Below, in pieces: positions 1-10,843 of a DNA stretch of 64,000 nucleotides. The position numbers were made by a program, and so were the translations under genes. The stretch covers positions 1 through 64,000 of the forward strand of contig NW_027192215.1 of the NCBI RefSeq assembly GCF_041956535.1. Reading direction: 5' to 3'. The notes beneath the pieces are model-generated. The model worked only from the letters and a program-made list of their open reading frames with translations, was not told the DNA's origin and searched no databases. The stretch comes from Calcarisporiella thermophila CBS 279.70. Taxonomy: Eukaryota; Fungi; Calcarisporiellomycota. The number at the start of each line of letters is the position of its first letter. Position 1 is the first letter of the stretch.

Positions 1-1212
1 TTACTAGTGGAGCCAATTTATAAATTATTTCTACGAAACTTATAGAGTTAAGAAGCAGCATACCTTAATTGGTTTCAAAATCTATAAACACAAAAGTAAA
101 ATCTGATAATACTTTATATATATCGTACATTAAAAGCGTTTTCAAGTTGCGCGATTTATACCTAATTATTTGGCTTACTGTAGGTCAATCGGAGTGAAAT
201 AATTATGGTTCAAATGATTCATCATTTTGGATCGGAGTATTACCAATATAATCCTAAATTTTCACTATAAATTTGCATTTCCTTATGATATGCTGATTCT
301 ATAAAGAAAAGATTTAGAAAGTGCTCAACATCATCTGAATTGTGCAATTATACTGCAAAACTCCAATTCCTGAGAAATTGGACACTTGGGATTGGGATTG
401 AACTTGGGTACGCTGTCAACAACAAATGGTGTATGTTCATTTAATAATAGAACAAATACATAAGAAGCTATGCATTAATACAAAATGAAACATAGATTAT
501 GCTTGGAAATTTCGCTGAGATAAAATAAAATTTCCAATAGAATTTTAAAAGCTTTGCGTAGCTTCTATCAATAAGCTGAAGCATTAATTTACAGTCTGAT
601 ATTTCCATGTTTTCATATTTTGGAAAAATTTCATTTTAATTTGAAAAGCTATCTTGGGGTTATTTCAATTTTTTTGTCGCTAAAGGTACTGTATATTTAA
701 TATCAGCATTTACCCTACCAATTCCTACCAATTACTCGAAGAATAACTTCAATTATGCGCATCGATATCTAAAAGCCATAATTGTAAATAACAGCACAAC
801 GTAGTCGAAATATGCTGCAAAATCATCGAAGATCCTATGAGAAGCAGCTGCAGCTAAACTTCGTTGAAATCTTATAGAACTATTTGTAGAATGATAGGAT
901 TTTGAGTGCTGCTAAGCAAAATTACATAAAAAAAATCCTTAGAAATATTCATCATAAAATTCAAAGTTTAAAGGTAGCTTTATTTTTTCATTTCTCGCTT
1001 GGATTCATACACAGACTGGTACATTATCTCATGCTTTTAGGACGTCTAGTTGCATACTAGATAACAGAGAGGAGGGGAATTGCCTATTTCGAAAGAGTAC
1101 ACGAAGAATGATTCAAATAGAAAGCTTCCAGGGTTATTCGAACAGATTAAGGAATAATGATGTCACAAGTAGTCACATATAAGAACTATCTAAAACTAAC
1201 AAAATAATAATA

Positions 1213-1395
1213 TCCGAAAATCCAACCAAGCCACCCAGGATACATCGGTCAAGTTTCAAAACTGACGCTCACACAACATCATTGGCTGCAAATACCGATT
1301 TGCCCAAAAATCGGCAAGGTCGGTATTCGGGTAACAAAATTAGTGATTATTTCCGATTAAGGACCAAGATCGGAAGAAAATATAGCTATATAAAT
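1213..1395 (+). promoter_or_regulatory. CCD promoter with clustered ATCGG/CCGAT motifs and a TATA box
   Basis: ATCGG or CCGAT at 1244, 1295, 1310, 1353 and 1369, plus further TCGG at about 1320 and 1327. TATATAAA at about 1387, roughly 100 bp upstream of the ATG. Confidence 0.4.
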
Positions 1396-1493
1396 GGAAG
1401 TGTACGAAATGTATATGAAATGAAAATACATACAATATACTAATTGATCAGCTTACTTTTCCTTGAGTTAAATAATAACAATACGCAAAAACA

Positions 1494-3138
1494 ATGAAGG
1501 CATTCAGCAATTGTTTGGAGGTATCTCAGCAAATTACTTTGCGTGTGGTGGGTAACCTCCCGTCCTGGGTGAGTGGTGTACTTTATCGGATGGGCACCGG
1601 CGTCTTTCACCTTGCCTCACCCGACGGCACACGTGAGTTCACTGTGAATCATCCCTTTGATGCATTTCCTGTCGCACATCGTTTCGAATTTTCAGATGGA
1701 AAAGTTCGCTACTCAAATCGTCGGACTGCACGTGCAGTTGAAGAGTGTATTTTGAACGGTGAATACAAAATAACATTTGGTAGAGATCCCTGCAAAACCA
1801 TTTTCCAGCGCCTGCAGTCTTTGTACAGAAGTGTCATGGCAGATGAGAATGGTAACGAAATGGGACAAGACCCGAACAACACATTCGTTAATGTGACGAT
1901 AACACCTAACTTCCCGCTCGGAGAGAAGATGGCACTAGTCGCCAAAACTGACACTAATAAATTGCAGCAGCTTGATCCCGTGACCCTAGAGCCAATCAAA
2001 ACTTTCAATTATAGTTTATTTGACGAAAGACTCGATGGTAGACTCAGCGCCGCGCATCATCAGGAGGACGAGAAGGAATTCGTCAATTTTGTTTTCAAAT
2101 TTGGTCGTGATATGTGTTTTCGGCTATTCAGCCTATCTAAAGATGGCGAGGTGCGCCTGCTTGGAGACGTATCCAAAGATTTATCTAGTGGAAAGCAGGT
2201 TCTCTCTTCGTATATCCACTCCTTCTCCATGACCAATAAATACATCGTTCTGCCCAATTACCCCCTTTACTATGTGAGTAGCTCCTAATAACTTCTCCAA
2301 TAATCTCGTCTTAATCACAATAATCACTTTATCTCTGCAGAGCTGGGGAGGTCTCTCCAATCTTTACTATGGAAATGCAATTGATGCTATGCGCTGGGAT
2401 GAAAAACACCCTACGCTCTATCATGTCATAGATCGCGTCTCTGGAGGTCACATAGCCACTTATGAAGGACCACCATGCTTTGCTTTCCATACACTCAATG
2501 CTTGGGATGAAGGCGATGATATAGTATTCGACGCAAGTGCATACGATGATGCGGAAATTATTTGGAGGTCGTACGAGTTTGGAAGAAAGTTGGGCGAGGC
2601 TCTTCCGGCTGGATATTATAACCCACCGGAACATAAAGAAAAACCTTCAGCTATGGTACGAAGATATCGCCTGCGGAATATTAGGGAAGTTGCACGTCAA
2701 CAAAGTGAGCAAAAATTTAAGGCTAAAATCGAAGTGCACGACACAAATATAAAGCTTGAACTCGCACGCATTAATTCTAACTTTGAACGCCGTCGAAATC
2801 GATATGTGTATGGTGTGACAGTTGCAAATGTGACGGAACCGGGTTTATTCAGTGGACTGGGTAAAGGAGATCTTGAGAAGGGCACTATCATGCTTTGGGA
2901 AGAACACGGTCATTCATGCTCAGAGCCCATTTTCATTCCACGCCCAGGTGCGATTGAAGAAGATGACGGTGTGGCAATAAGTGTAGTGAATTCTACGAGA
3001 TCGGAAGAGTGTTTCCTTTTGGTACTAGATGGGAAAAAGTTTACGGAGATAGCACGTGCCAAGGTGGGCGAGTTCACAATGCTCTCTCTTCACGGGAGCT
3101 TTGTTGATTCGCAAGGGAAAAGTGTAACTATCAATTAA
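1494..3138 (+). CDS. Carotenoid cleavage dioxygenase (RPE65/CCD family), 2 exons
   Basis: ORFs 1494-2288 and 2389-3138 join in frame through intron 2274-2340 (gtgagt...ctgcag). Four Fe-ligand His motifs are present: SAAHH, YIHSF, FHTLNAW, LHGSF. Also has G.LPSWVSGVLYR, HPFD and SEPIFIPRPGA.EEDDG. Confidence 0.92.
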
Positions 3139-3309
3139 ATTCTATAATTCAACAGTAGCTATTATAACATTTTTATTCATCATTTGCCTACACACCGACA
3201 ATATTGCCTCAAATATATATATTTTTGCAATAAATTCTATGGCGAATAATTTTTGTGGCAGTATAAAAGATTGGTATTGTAAAATATTGGCTCTATTCAT
3301 ATATGATCT

Positions 3310-4190
3310 TTGCCGAGGACATTCACTGACCCGCGAATATATGCGGTCAATCGGAGCGGGATCTATTGGATACGTGCGCAAAAACTCCGTTAATTATTAA
3401 GGCATCTCGTTTTGGTCTCTCGGCAGAACTAACACCCCACGTAAAGGCATTATTGACATTTTTCCAAGAGCGTTGTAGTAGGGAAGTTTACGGTGTATGT
3501 TTTGATTGGATAGACCATGTTGACAGAAGCGATGCCAGTGGTTCTTGTATCTGTATACGATATCATAATCGATTTTTCAACATTAGGGAAACGTATCATT
3601 TATATAAGACGCAAAGACAGGGACCTATATCACAATGGGAAAGAGGACATATGAATGACTAAATGTGAAAAACCAATTGTGGCCCTTTAGTATAAAATAC
3701 ATGAAAGTAGCTACGGGAATTGTTGGCAACGCAAAGCATGAGTGAGATTTTGAAGATGTAAGTGGTCAGGTAGAGAGTCTGCTCAATGATTTCCCTTAAG
3801 TTTTCGCGGAAAACCAAAGGAAACCGGAGAGTACAGATGTCATTCGTCGTGAAATTAATATGAGCACGTCATAATTTATCAATCTTTACCTGTGTCGATT
3901 ATCACCTATTTTCCTAGAGTCAGTTATTGAAGATTTGAAACAAGTGGTTGACAACGGGGTAGTCCGGCCGTTTAAGAGACCGTAGTCTGCACTGTTGAAC
4001 CATGGGAGAAAGAGAAACGAGACTATCAGGATGGCTGTTGGCTATCGCTGTTTGAATGAAGTGATGAATGCGAGTTAATATTCTTTGTCGAATCCGCAGG
4101 ATTACTATTCACATTTGAGAGGCGCTAAAATGTTCTCGATTATTGACTTAGCATCAGGGGTTTTGGCAGATTGGCTATGGAGATCAGTAA
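3310..4190 (+). mobile_element. Degraded Ty3/Gypsy pol relic (protease plus N-terminal reverse transcriptase)
   Basis: Translation across stops and frameshifts gives ICGQSERDLLDTCA (decayed retropepsin LLDTGA), QVESLLNDFP*VFAE, VVRPFKRP*S, TIRMAVGYRCLNEV and HLRGAKMFSIIDLASG/FWQI. These match Gypsy RT motifs RMCVDYRALN and LRGAKYFSKIDLASGYWQI. Confidence 0.85.
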
Positions 4191-4805
4191 AGATTGTAAT
4201 CAAAAGTTTATATCGTTGCATTATCAAGCTAATTGTGAATACCCATTAATCAATTGAATATATATTCATTTGATGAATGGATCACTTGAGCTTCAACTTG
4301 GTGAGATCTGTTTTTAGGTAACTTTTTAATTAGCTTATGCTTTTACAACGCCTTAATACTTGACATAATAGACATTACGTCTATCATAGGAGATTGAAAT
4401 ATTAATTTTTTAATGTAAGATTAAACTTATACCAATTGCGATTTAATTAAGTTTGCCAATAATAATGATTTCTAAAGAATAAGATCTCGATTGCAAAGAT
4501 ATGCACTGTCATCTGAGTTGTGTCGAATTCCAAAACTGGAAATTTATATTGCTATAAGGAAATTGCCGTAATCGTATGACGTCCTGAGTTGGAGTAGAAA
4601 CTTGAGTGATTGGTTTATAGCTTATTATTAATAAGAGCTTAGCAATGAACCTTTCGCTCTATTTTCTCCACCTATCCTTTATGGAATATATTTCTTGGTC
4701 AACCCAATAAGTGGTTTCTTGAAAACACGATCTCCTGAGAATCGCGTAGTGTCGCTTACAAATTGCTAGCAACATCGCCGGAGAAGCAAATAAACGTGAA
4801 AGCCA

Positions 4806-5057
4806 CCCTATAAGAAGTGGGCATAGGGAAAACATAGGGAAATATTATGGAACACATGCGGAACACATGCGGAACACCTCATTTTCCCTATAATTTCCCT
4901 ATAATTTCCTTTTATTTCATCTAATTTTTCTATAAATTCCAAATACTTACCCATATAAAAATCCATACAAAATCCATTAAAAATTATAGGAAATATCAGG
5001 AAATCATACGGAGAGTGAAATGTTCCCTATTTTTTCCCTATGTGACTTCCTATAGGG
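4806..5057. mobile_element. MITE / non-autonomous DNA transposon with CCC...GGG termini (CMC/EnSpm-like)
   Basis: Imperfect ~40-bp terminal inverted repeats: ccctataagaagtgggcatagggaaaacatagggaa versus the reverse complement of the right end, ccctataggaagtcacatagggaaaaaatagggaa. Flanked by a CCA duplication (4803-4805, 5058-5060). Internal tandem repeats ggaacacatgc, ttccctataa and aaaatccat. Confidence 0.8.
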
Positions 5058-5197
5058 CCAAAGCAACAAAGTATATATAGCCTCAATAAAATTCACATTC
5101 TTGTTTACTTATTCCTTGTGATTGCTTATTTAGACCTTACATTATTTATTAGCATTAGCCACTCAATATTAAAGATTTCAATTTTTCTTCATAAAAC

Positions 5198-5704
5198 ATG
5201 AACAAACCTCTACATTTCTTCAAATTTACTTTGATTTTTGTTATATGTCTTGCTCCATTCATGGCACTTTCCGAGGCTAGACCTCTCAAAGGCAATGAAA
5301 CAGATGACTCTGGGACATCTTCTTCTATTGAACAACGCAACCTCGACACTGTCCTCCAATTTTATAACTTGGCATTTAATCAGCATCAGCCTCGACTTGC
5401 AGCCGAAAAGTTTATTGGTCAAACTTACACCCAACACAATCCTCTAGTAGGTGATGGAGCCGATGCCTTTGTAGGATATTTCGAACCGCTGTTTGAGCAG
5501 AACCCAAATGCTAGTGTCAGCTTTAAGCATCAATCTGCTCAAGATGATCTAGTGTGGCTACATTTGAACTTGAAAATGAACTCGACAGACAGAGGGCTTG
5601 CTATTATTGACCTCTTTAGACTTGAAGATGGAAAGATTGTGGAGCACTGGGATGTGATCCAAACAGTTCCCGAACAGGCAGCAAATAACAATACTATGTT
5701 TTAG
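5198..5704 (+). CDS. Secreted SnoaL-like / NTF2-fold protein, bacterial-like
   Basis: Intronless, with a hydrophobic signal peptide. Motifs YTQHNPLVGDG..AF, DDLVWLH and IIDLFRLEDGKIVEHWDVIQ.VP....N.NTMF. Confidence 0.85.
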   Translation: MNKPLHFFKFTLIFVICLAPFMALSEARPLKGNETDDSGTSSSIEQRNLDTVLQFYNLAFNQHQPRLAAEKFIGQTYTQHNPLVGDGADAFVGYFEPLFEQNPNASVSFKHQSAQDDLVWLHLNLKMNSTDRGLAIIDLFRLEDGKIVEHWDVIQTVPEQAANNNTMF

Positions 5705-6271
5705 GATAGATATATCTTTTTTAATTAATTATTAAGTACTTTTTAATATTGAGATCTTACTAAGCTAAATATCAGTAGGTATACATTTTTGTTCAAAAAA
5801 GTGCAGTTAGAAAAGAAATAATATAAAAAATAAATAGCAAATACAAAAGCTATCTTATTCCCTAAATATGATCAATTTCAATTCTTAGGTCTTTACTGCA
5901 TACTTTAAGCACTCATGATTTTCAATCAAAAAATTAGTAACAATAGCATTCAATTAATTTAATATTGCAATGAATAAGTTTGCTTAACAAGCAAGCAAAG
6001 AATGCTTTGATTCTCCATAATCGTACACATGTTGACAATTACACCAAATCTAACTCTGTATAATCACAAATAATAATTGATATCTCCATTATACCTAAAT
6101 CAGTATATTAACGAATCCTTCTTATGCGTGGATATCCATTGAGTGCACCCGAAACTTTATAAATTACGGACGCTCTGCGCCAATTAAGCATTGATTATAT
6201 CAGACCATATTGGCGCGCAATAATGACTACCGCCACATATTGCTCCTAAACTTAAAGTGAATGCACAACCA

Positions 6272-7246
6272 TTATACGAAGCCTGATTCTCCGGGCACAC
6301 GCACTACAAGCTCTTTGTCATATTCCTCAGTTTTCTTGGGTACATCGCCAACCTTTAACTTATTTCTCCTTGGCCACCACGAAAACCGCTTCAGCGCACG
6401 GTGGAGTGCAGGGTTGAGAAGGAATACAAGGAAATTGAGTATCCCGATGGATCCTTGCAAGATATTATCTACTTCTCTAGCTTTGCTCAGTATATGGAAA
6501 TTGGGGTCGGTCGTCGTCAGAGTTACCCACTCCAAGACTATTCCGGAAGGTAAAGTAATAATATGGACGACTGGATATAGCATAATACGCAACACCGAGT
6601 TGATTAATTGCATTTCCTCCGCCCGAACTTCCTCGCTGATATTAAGAGTTCTTTTCAAATTACGAGTCGCCTGGAGTGCTCGAATCAACACCATAATTAC
6701 AACAACAATAGAGTACAATACGCTTAAACTCATCCACAAAGTCATACACAGCGCTTTAGTGAGGATAAGATTTAATGGCGACGCGTTCGAAATGAATTGA
6801 AACTTAACGTTATCATACATCACTTTGTTCCTCGTTAGATAGATCAGCGTAACGAGAAAGGTGAAGATAAACATGCCGGGGATATACCAGCGTTGTATGC
6901 GTTTCATATCCTTGCGATGATGTATGAAGGAGAGCTGCAGATCAATGGCGATGCAAATGGTCGGCAGAACGGCCCACAGCCGGAGAAAACTAATCACCCA
7001 GAGAAAGAGATGGGCAACCCAGTGATCGCGGCCAGCTATTGGGTTGAGAAGCTCATCCGACTTCGAGATAATAAATTCAGTACGCCAAAGCATATCCACG
7101 AGCCCAATCCAGAAGCTGAGCTTGAAGGAGATGGTATTGGCTACATCGGGTTGAGTACGACGGAGCCATACGACTATAACCATCATGAGAAACCCACAGA
7201 TGGCCGAAAGTATGTTAATTGTCAAATCACCAGGTGAAAGAAGCAT
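6272..7246 (-). CDS. Seven-transmembrane GPCR-like protein (Git3/cAMP-receptor-like)
   Basis: 324-aa intronless ORF with about 7 hydrophobic segments. Motifs ISFKLSFWIGLVD, CIAIDLQL, VLRIMLYPVV and GILNFLVFLLNPAL. Confidence 0.75.
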   Translation of the reverse strand: MLLSPGDLTINILSAICGFLMMVIVVWLRRTQPDVANTISFKLSFWIGLVDMLWRTEFIISKSDELLNPIAGRDHWVAHLFLWVISFLRLWAVLPTICIAIDLQLSFIHHRKDMKRIQRWYIPGMFIFTFLVTLIYLTRNKVMYDNVKFQFISNASPLNLILTKALCMTLWMSLSVLYSIVVVIMVLIRALQATRNLKRTLNISEEVRAEEMQLINSVLRIMLYPVVHIITLPSGIVLEWVTLTTTDPNFHILSKAREVDNILQGSIGILNFLVFLLNPALHRALKRFSWWPRRNKLKVGDVPKKTEEYDKELVVRVPGESGFV

Positions 7247-8665
7247 GATGCTCTATGCTCGAACTATGTTTGACTAAGCTAGAGGAGGTAGCGTGTTAGT
7301 ATATTCAGAGAATTGCACAGTTCAATTGGGGTTGTTACCTATAATAGTTGCAGAAAAAATATAGATTCAGTACCTGTTACGCGTCAATGCCAACTCATGA
7401 GTGGATTTATATAAAGATGTGTAAGTGAAGGAGACACACGGCAACTCTTTAAATGGAAATGTATGCATATAAAACTTAGGTTAATATTAAAATTCACGAG
7501 GATAAACACTAGGCACGAACGGAAGAGTGAGTACATAAGGGGTGAAACCGTGGGCAACAAAGAGAGGTGGCTTCTCTCTAAAATGCATCCAAGCCATAAA
7601 TCCAACTTACTTGCATCAAAGAAGATCGCATTTTTTTAAGTGGCTTGCCCATGGTATCCAGAATAATTAACCTCAATCCCCCATGCAAGCTAAGCGTTGT
7701 TTAATTGAGAGAAAAGTGCAGGAAAAAACCAAGCTCTTCAATTACCTGTGGTAGCGCTATTCTGAGTATCTATCCTCTGGTTGCTAGCAATCTGAGGAAA
7801 TGCAGAAATACGATGGGCCATGAGTACACTATGTGTGGGTTTGGTGGGAACCTGTTTCATGGCAGCACTGCTATCTTCGAGACCGCCCTCGAGAATCCCC
7901 AACGAATGGAATTTAAATGCCCTGTCTATGAGACATTAGCGCATTCAATAAGAAGCTGTGATCGCAGCTATTTTTTTAAAGGCTGGGAAACGAGGCTATT
8001 TGTTATGGTTGTTAAAGATACATGATAGGTACAAATCAATTATCCACCTTCTTAATAGGTTTCAATAGCGCCACCAGGCATCAAATGGTATGAGTTTCAG
8101 ATAATTTCGCCCTCCAATCAGCGCAACCTGCTCACCCAGGGGAGGTTAATTTTTATGCATTGGCGTCATAGAGCAGAGTGAGGGTATTAAAAGCACATGT
8201 CTTAATCAGCATGTTTTCTCCTTGTGATCTGGATACAGCGCATTGAGAAGTTATAGGCTGCATTGAGTAATTATGGGATTTTACTGTATTCTCGTACCTG
8301 GCAGCGATTGGGTTTCTCAAAAGATAAAAATTCAATCTGCCCAAGAGATAATATCCTTTCATTAGTTTATGGCATTTCACAATTTTGGGGTGGCGGTGTG
8401 CATGAAGTGAAATTGAGAGTATTGTCTGCATAGTAGTCGGAGGATACAATAAAGTATAGATGGAGTGTATTAAGATTAACAATGGTGGCAATATACAATC
8501 GGAATATACGGATTTCATCATATAACTAATGGACTACTTGATTGCGTCATCATTCTTATATGGTTGGATGAAGCAAAGGCAAGGGTTATTTTGGGCGAAT
8601 ATCACTTCTTCTCTATATAATATCTCGAAACACTGGGTGGAGAATCAGTACACACGAATCCGAAA

Positions 8666-9463
8666 ATGTCTTTCGAACATGATACAGCAGATTATGAGGA
8701 ATTTGTAACTTTTGATCTAAGTGATATTCGACCATTTAATGGAGTGACTCAGTATGATGCGCGTGAATGGCTTGAGGAACTCGAATTCGCGGCATTCCTA
8801 CAAAACTGGTCGGACAGGTTGAAGATACGCGCACTCGCACGAAATTTAAGAAATGATGCCATAGTATGGTTTCGTAACCTTCCAGCTGAGAAGAGATCCA
8901 GTTGGCTGGAATTAAGAGAAGCGTTTGATATGAAATACTCCCACAACCAGCCTATACGCTCATATCTCCTCGAGCTAACCAGCTTAAAACAACATGACGG
9001 AGAGCATGTTGCAGTTGTATGCACTGAACTCGAGAATCTCCTGCGTCGACGTGATATTATATTAACAGAGCACGACAAGGTTAACCTTCTGAGATCAGCT
9101 ATTCGAGAATCGCTTACTAGGTATATTAACTGGGATAGATGTAATAATCTCGATAATGCAATAAAGGAAGCACACCGAGCGGAGAATCTGCACCGTACCT
9201 ATGAAAAAAAGTCCTTAGGTCCGGTGACCAGGTGCGCTACCACTTTGGATGAGAATTCCAAACCATGGTCGAGTAGAGGCTATTCGAATCGAGATGGTGG
9301 CTCAGATGACCATCGCAAGGGTGCGAAGGACAATAAAAGCGGGAAGTCACGAAAGAAACCAAAAGATGCTAAAGATGCAAAGGGATCGAAAAGATGCTAT
9401 GTATGTGGGGATCCAAATCACGTAGCCCTTAACTGTCCAAGGAAATTTGTAACGACCTCCTAA
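8666..9463 (+). CDS. gag: Ty3/Gypsy-type Gag protein (capsid plus CCHC zinc knuckle), intact ORF
   Basis: PFNG...AREWL, L.NDA..WF..LP....SSW.EL..AF, MHR-like LKQHDGEHV, and the knuckle CYVCGDPNHVALNC. Start context aaaATGtct; TATA-like sequence at about 8613. Confidence 0.9.
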   Translation: MSFEHDTADYEEFVTFDLSDIRPFNGVTQYDAREWLEELEFAAFLQNWSDRLKIRALARNLRNDAIVWFRNLPAEKRSSWLELREAFDMKYSHNQPIRSYLLELTSLKQHDGEHVAVVCTELENLLRRRDIILTEHDKVNLLRSAIRESLTRYINWDRCNNLDNAIKEAHRAENLHRTYEKKSLGPVTRCATTLDENSKPWSSRGYSNRDGGSDDHRKGAKDNKSGKSRKKPKDAKDAKGSKRCYVCGDPNHVALNCPRKFVTTS

Positions 9464-9910
9464 AACGCTCAGACCGAGGATATTTGTCACCATCCCAGCC
9501 GGTGAGCTTCGGGGATTTGGCGTGGAGGCCACGCTTTCTAGTCAAGCAGTCGCGTCCCGATTTTGAACATTCATTTAACATGAACTGAGCCATGTTAGAT
9601 TAGAAGCAGTTTTGACAGTGCCACAACAAAGAGTCAATCGAGCACGTTAGCCAGTAACTTAGGACTCACTGAATCACTACATCGCTACGGAAAAAAGGGA
9701 CACATTATGTCTACTAATCATCCAAAATTTTGTCCATTTATCTATGGCTATATATAATCGTAAGGGCGGACCAAAGTGCCCTTAAGTAGATTATGGATAC
9801 CTCGGACCAAGTGTTGGACAGTGCAACTATTACTACAGGAGCACCAACCTAAGAACTGAACGCAAGAAGGGCCTAATTACTCAAATATGAATGAACTATC
9901 ACAATCATGG
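9464..9910 (+). pseudogene. Internally deleted and decayed Gypsy pol (protease start joined to RT-RNase H linker and RNase H)
   Basis: Multi-frame translation gives GELRGFGVEA, then TLSSQAV/SRPDFEHSF (cf. ALTSAPVLAHPDF..PF), LEAVLT (GAVLTQ), NHYIATEK (NYSTTEK), IIVRADQSALK*IM (VTDHSALKWL), LLLQEH and YSNMNELSQ (NADALSR). No RT core is present, and there are several stops and frameshifts. Confidence 0.75.
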
Positions 9911-10843
9911 CTTGGTTCTTGAATACCCAAACGGAAAGGACGACATGGAGAGTTCGCTCTGGACTTGAGAGATGAGCCTTGTCTAAGGCAAAGAAAAAAT
10001 CACTGTCCGTAAAGCAATGTTTATATTTTTATATATGCACTTATCAAGACATTAGAAAAAGCATTTAATAGAAGCAAAAAAAAGTTGTAAAATTTGAGAA
10101 ATAGGTAGGGGCAGCAAGTTTCTGTTTTTATCGCGTCTCATTCAACTTTTAGAGTTATTAGAGATTACAAGCAGAAATTACTGGAAAACTTAAATTACAA
10201 TCTAGCACAGCAATAAATTAACTTAAGAAACATAATAGGGATTCTGTTAAGGGAGCAATAATGCAAATACAAGATATTCTTGGTCCAATTCATGCAATAA
10301 GCACATTTTATCACCGGTAATCTATAAAACGAGTTGATATGGGCGCAACTTAGGTGGGTGTATTGTATTTTGATTCCTGCATATTTTTTATTCGCGCAAA
10401 TACGAAGGTCAGTGGATTGGATTCTGTGACTAGGTGTTTATGCTTTTATTAAGAGCACCTATTTAAGCAGGAATAGCTTCTTTGCTTACCGAAATATATA
10501 ATGAAACTTCCCTCAAATGACTTTGTTTAGATACGTTATGTTTTCATCCTAGCTTAAGCCTCTGAAAATCCCAATTTTCTACCGGCAAAGCGAATTCTAG
10601 TATTCTGTGGCAAATTTTACTCGGTTTAAAATCAGTCTCCGATCAAACACATCGAAGAGAGGAGAGATTTTCACTGTTTTAGAATGCAAGCTCCCAAGAA
10701 AATCATTACTATATGCATTTTCTTTACTAATACTTGTAATTTCATATTGGATTAGAAGCAGCGACATGTTCCTATTGTGATCTCTTTTTTAAATCTAATT
10801 TGCATTATTACTAGAATTTAGAGTCGATCTGTTTTGTTTATAC

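Noticed and set aside
760-1140. Possible decayed transposase fragment
   Set aside because: It looks like former coding sequence, but I could not identify a diagnostic motif.
6261-6800. 179-aa plus-strand ORF
   Set aside because: Antisense to the 7TM gene; no recognisable features.
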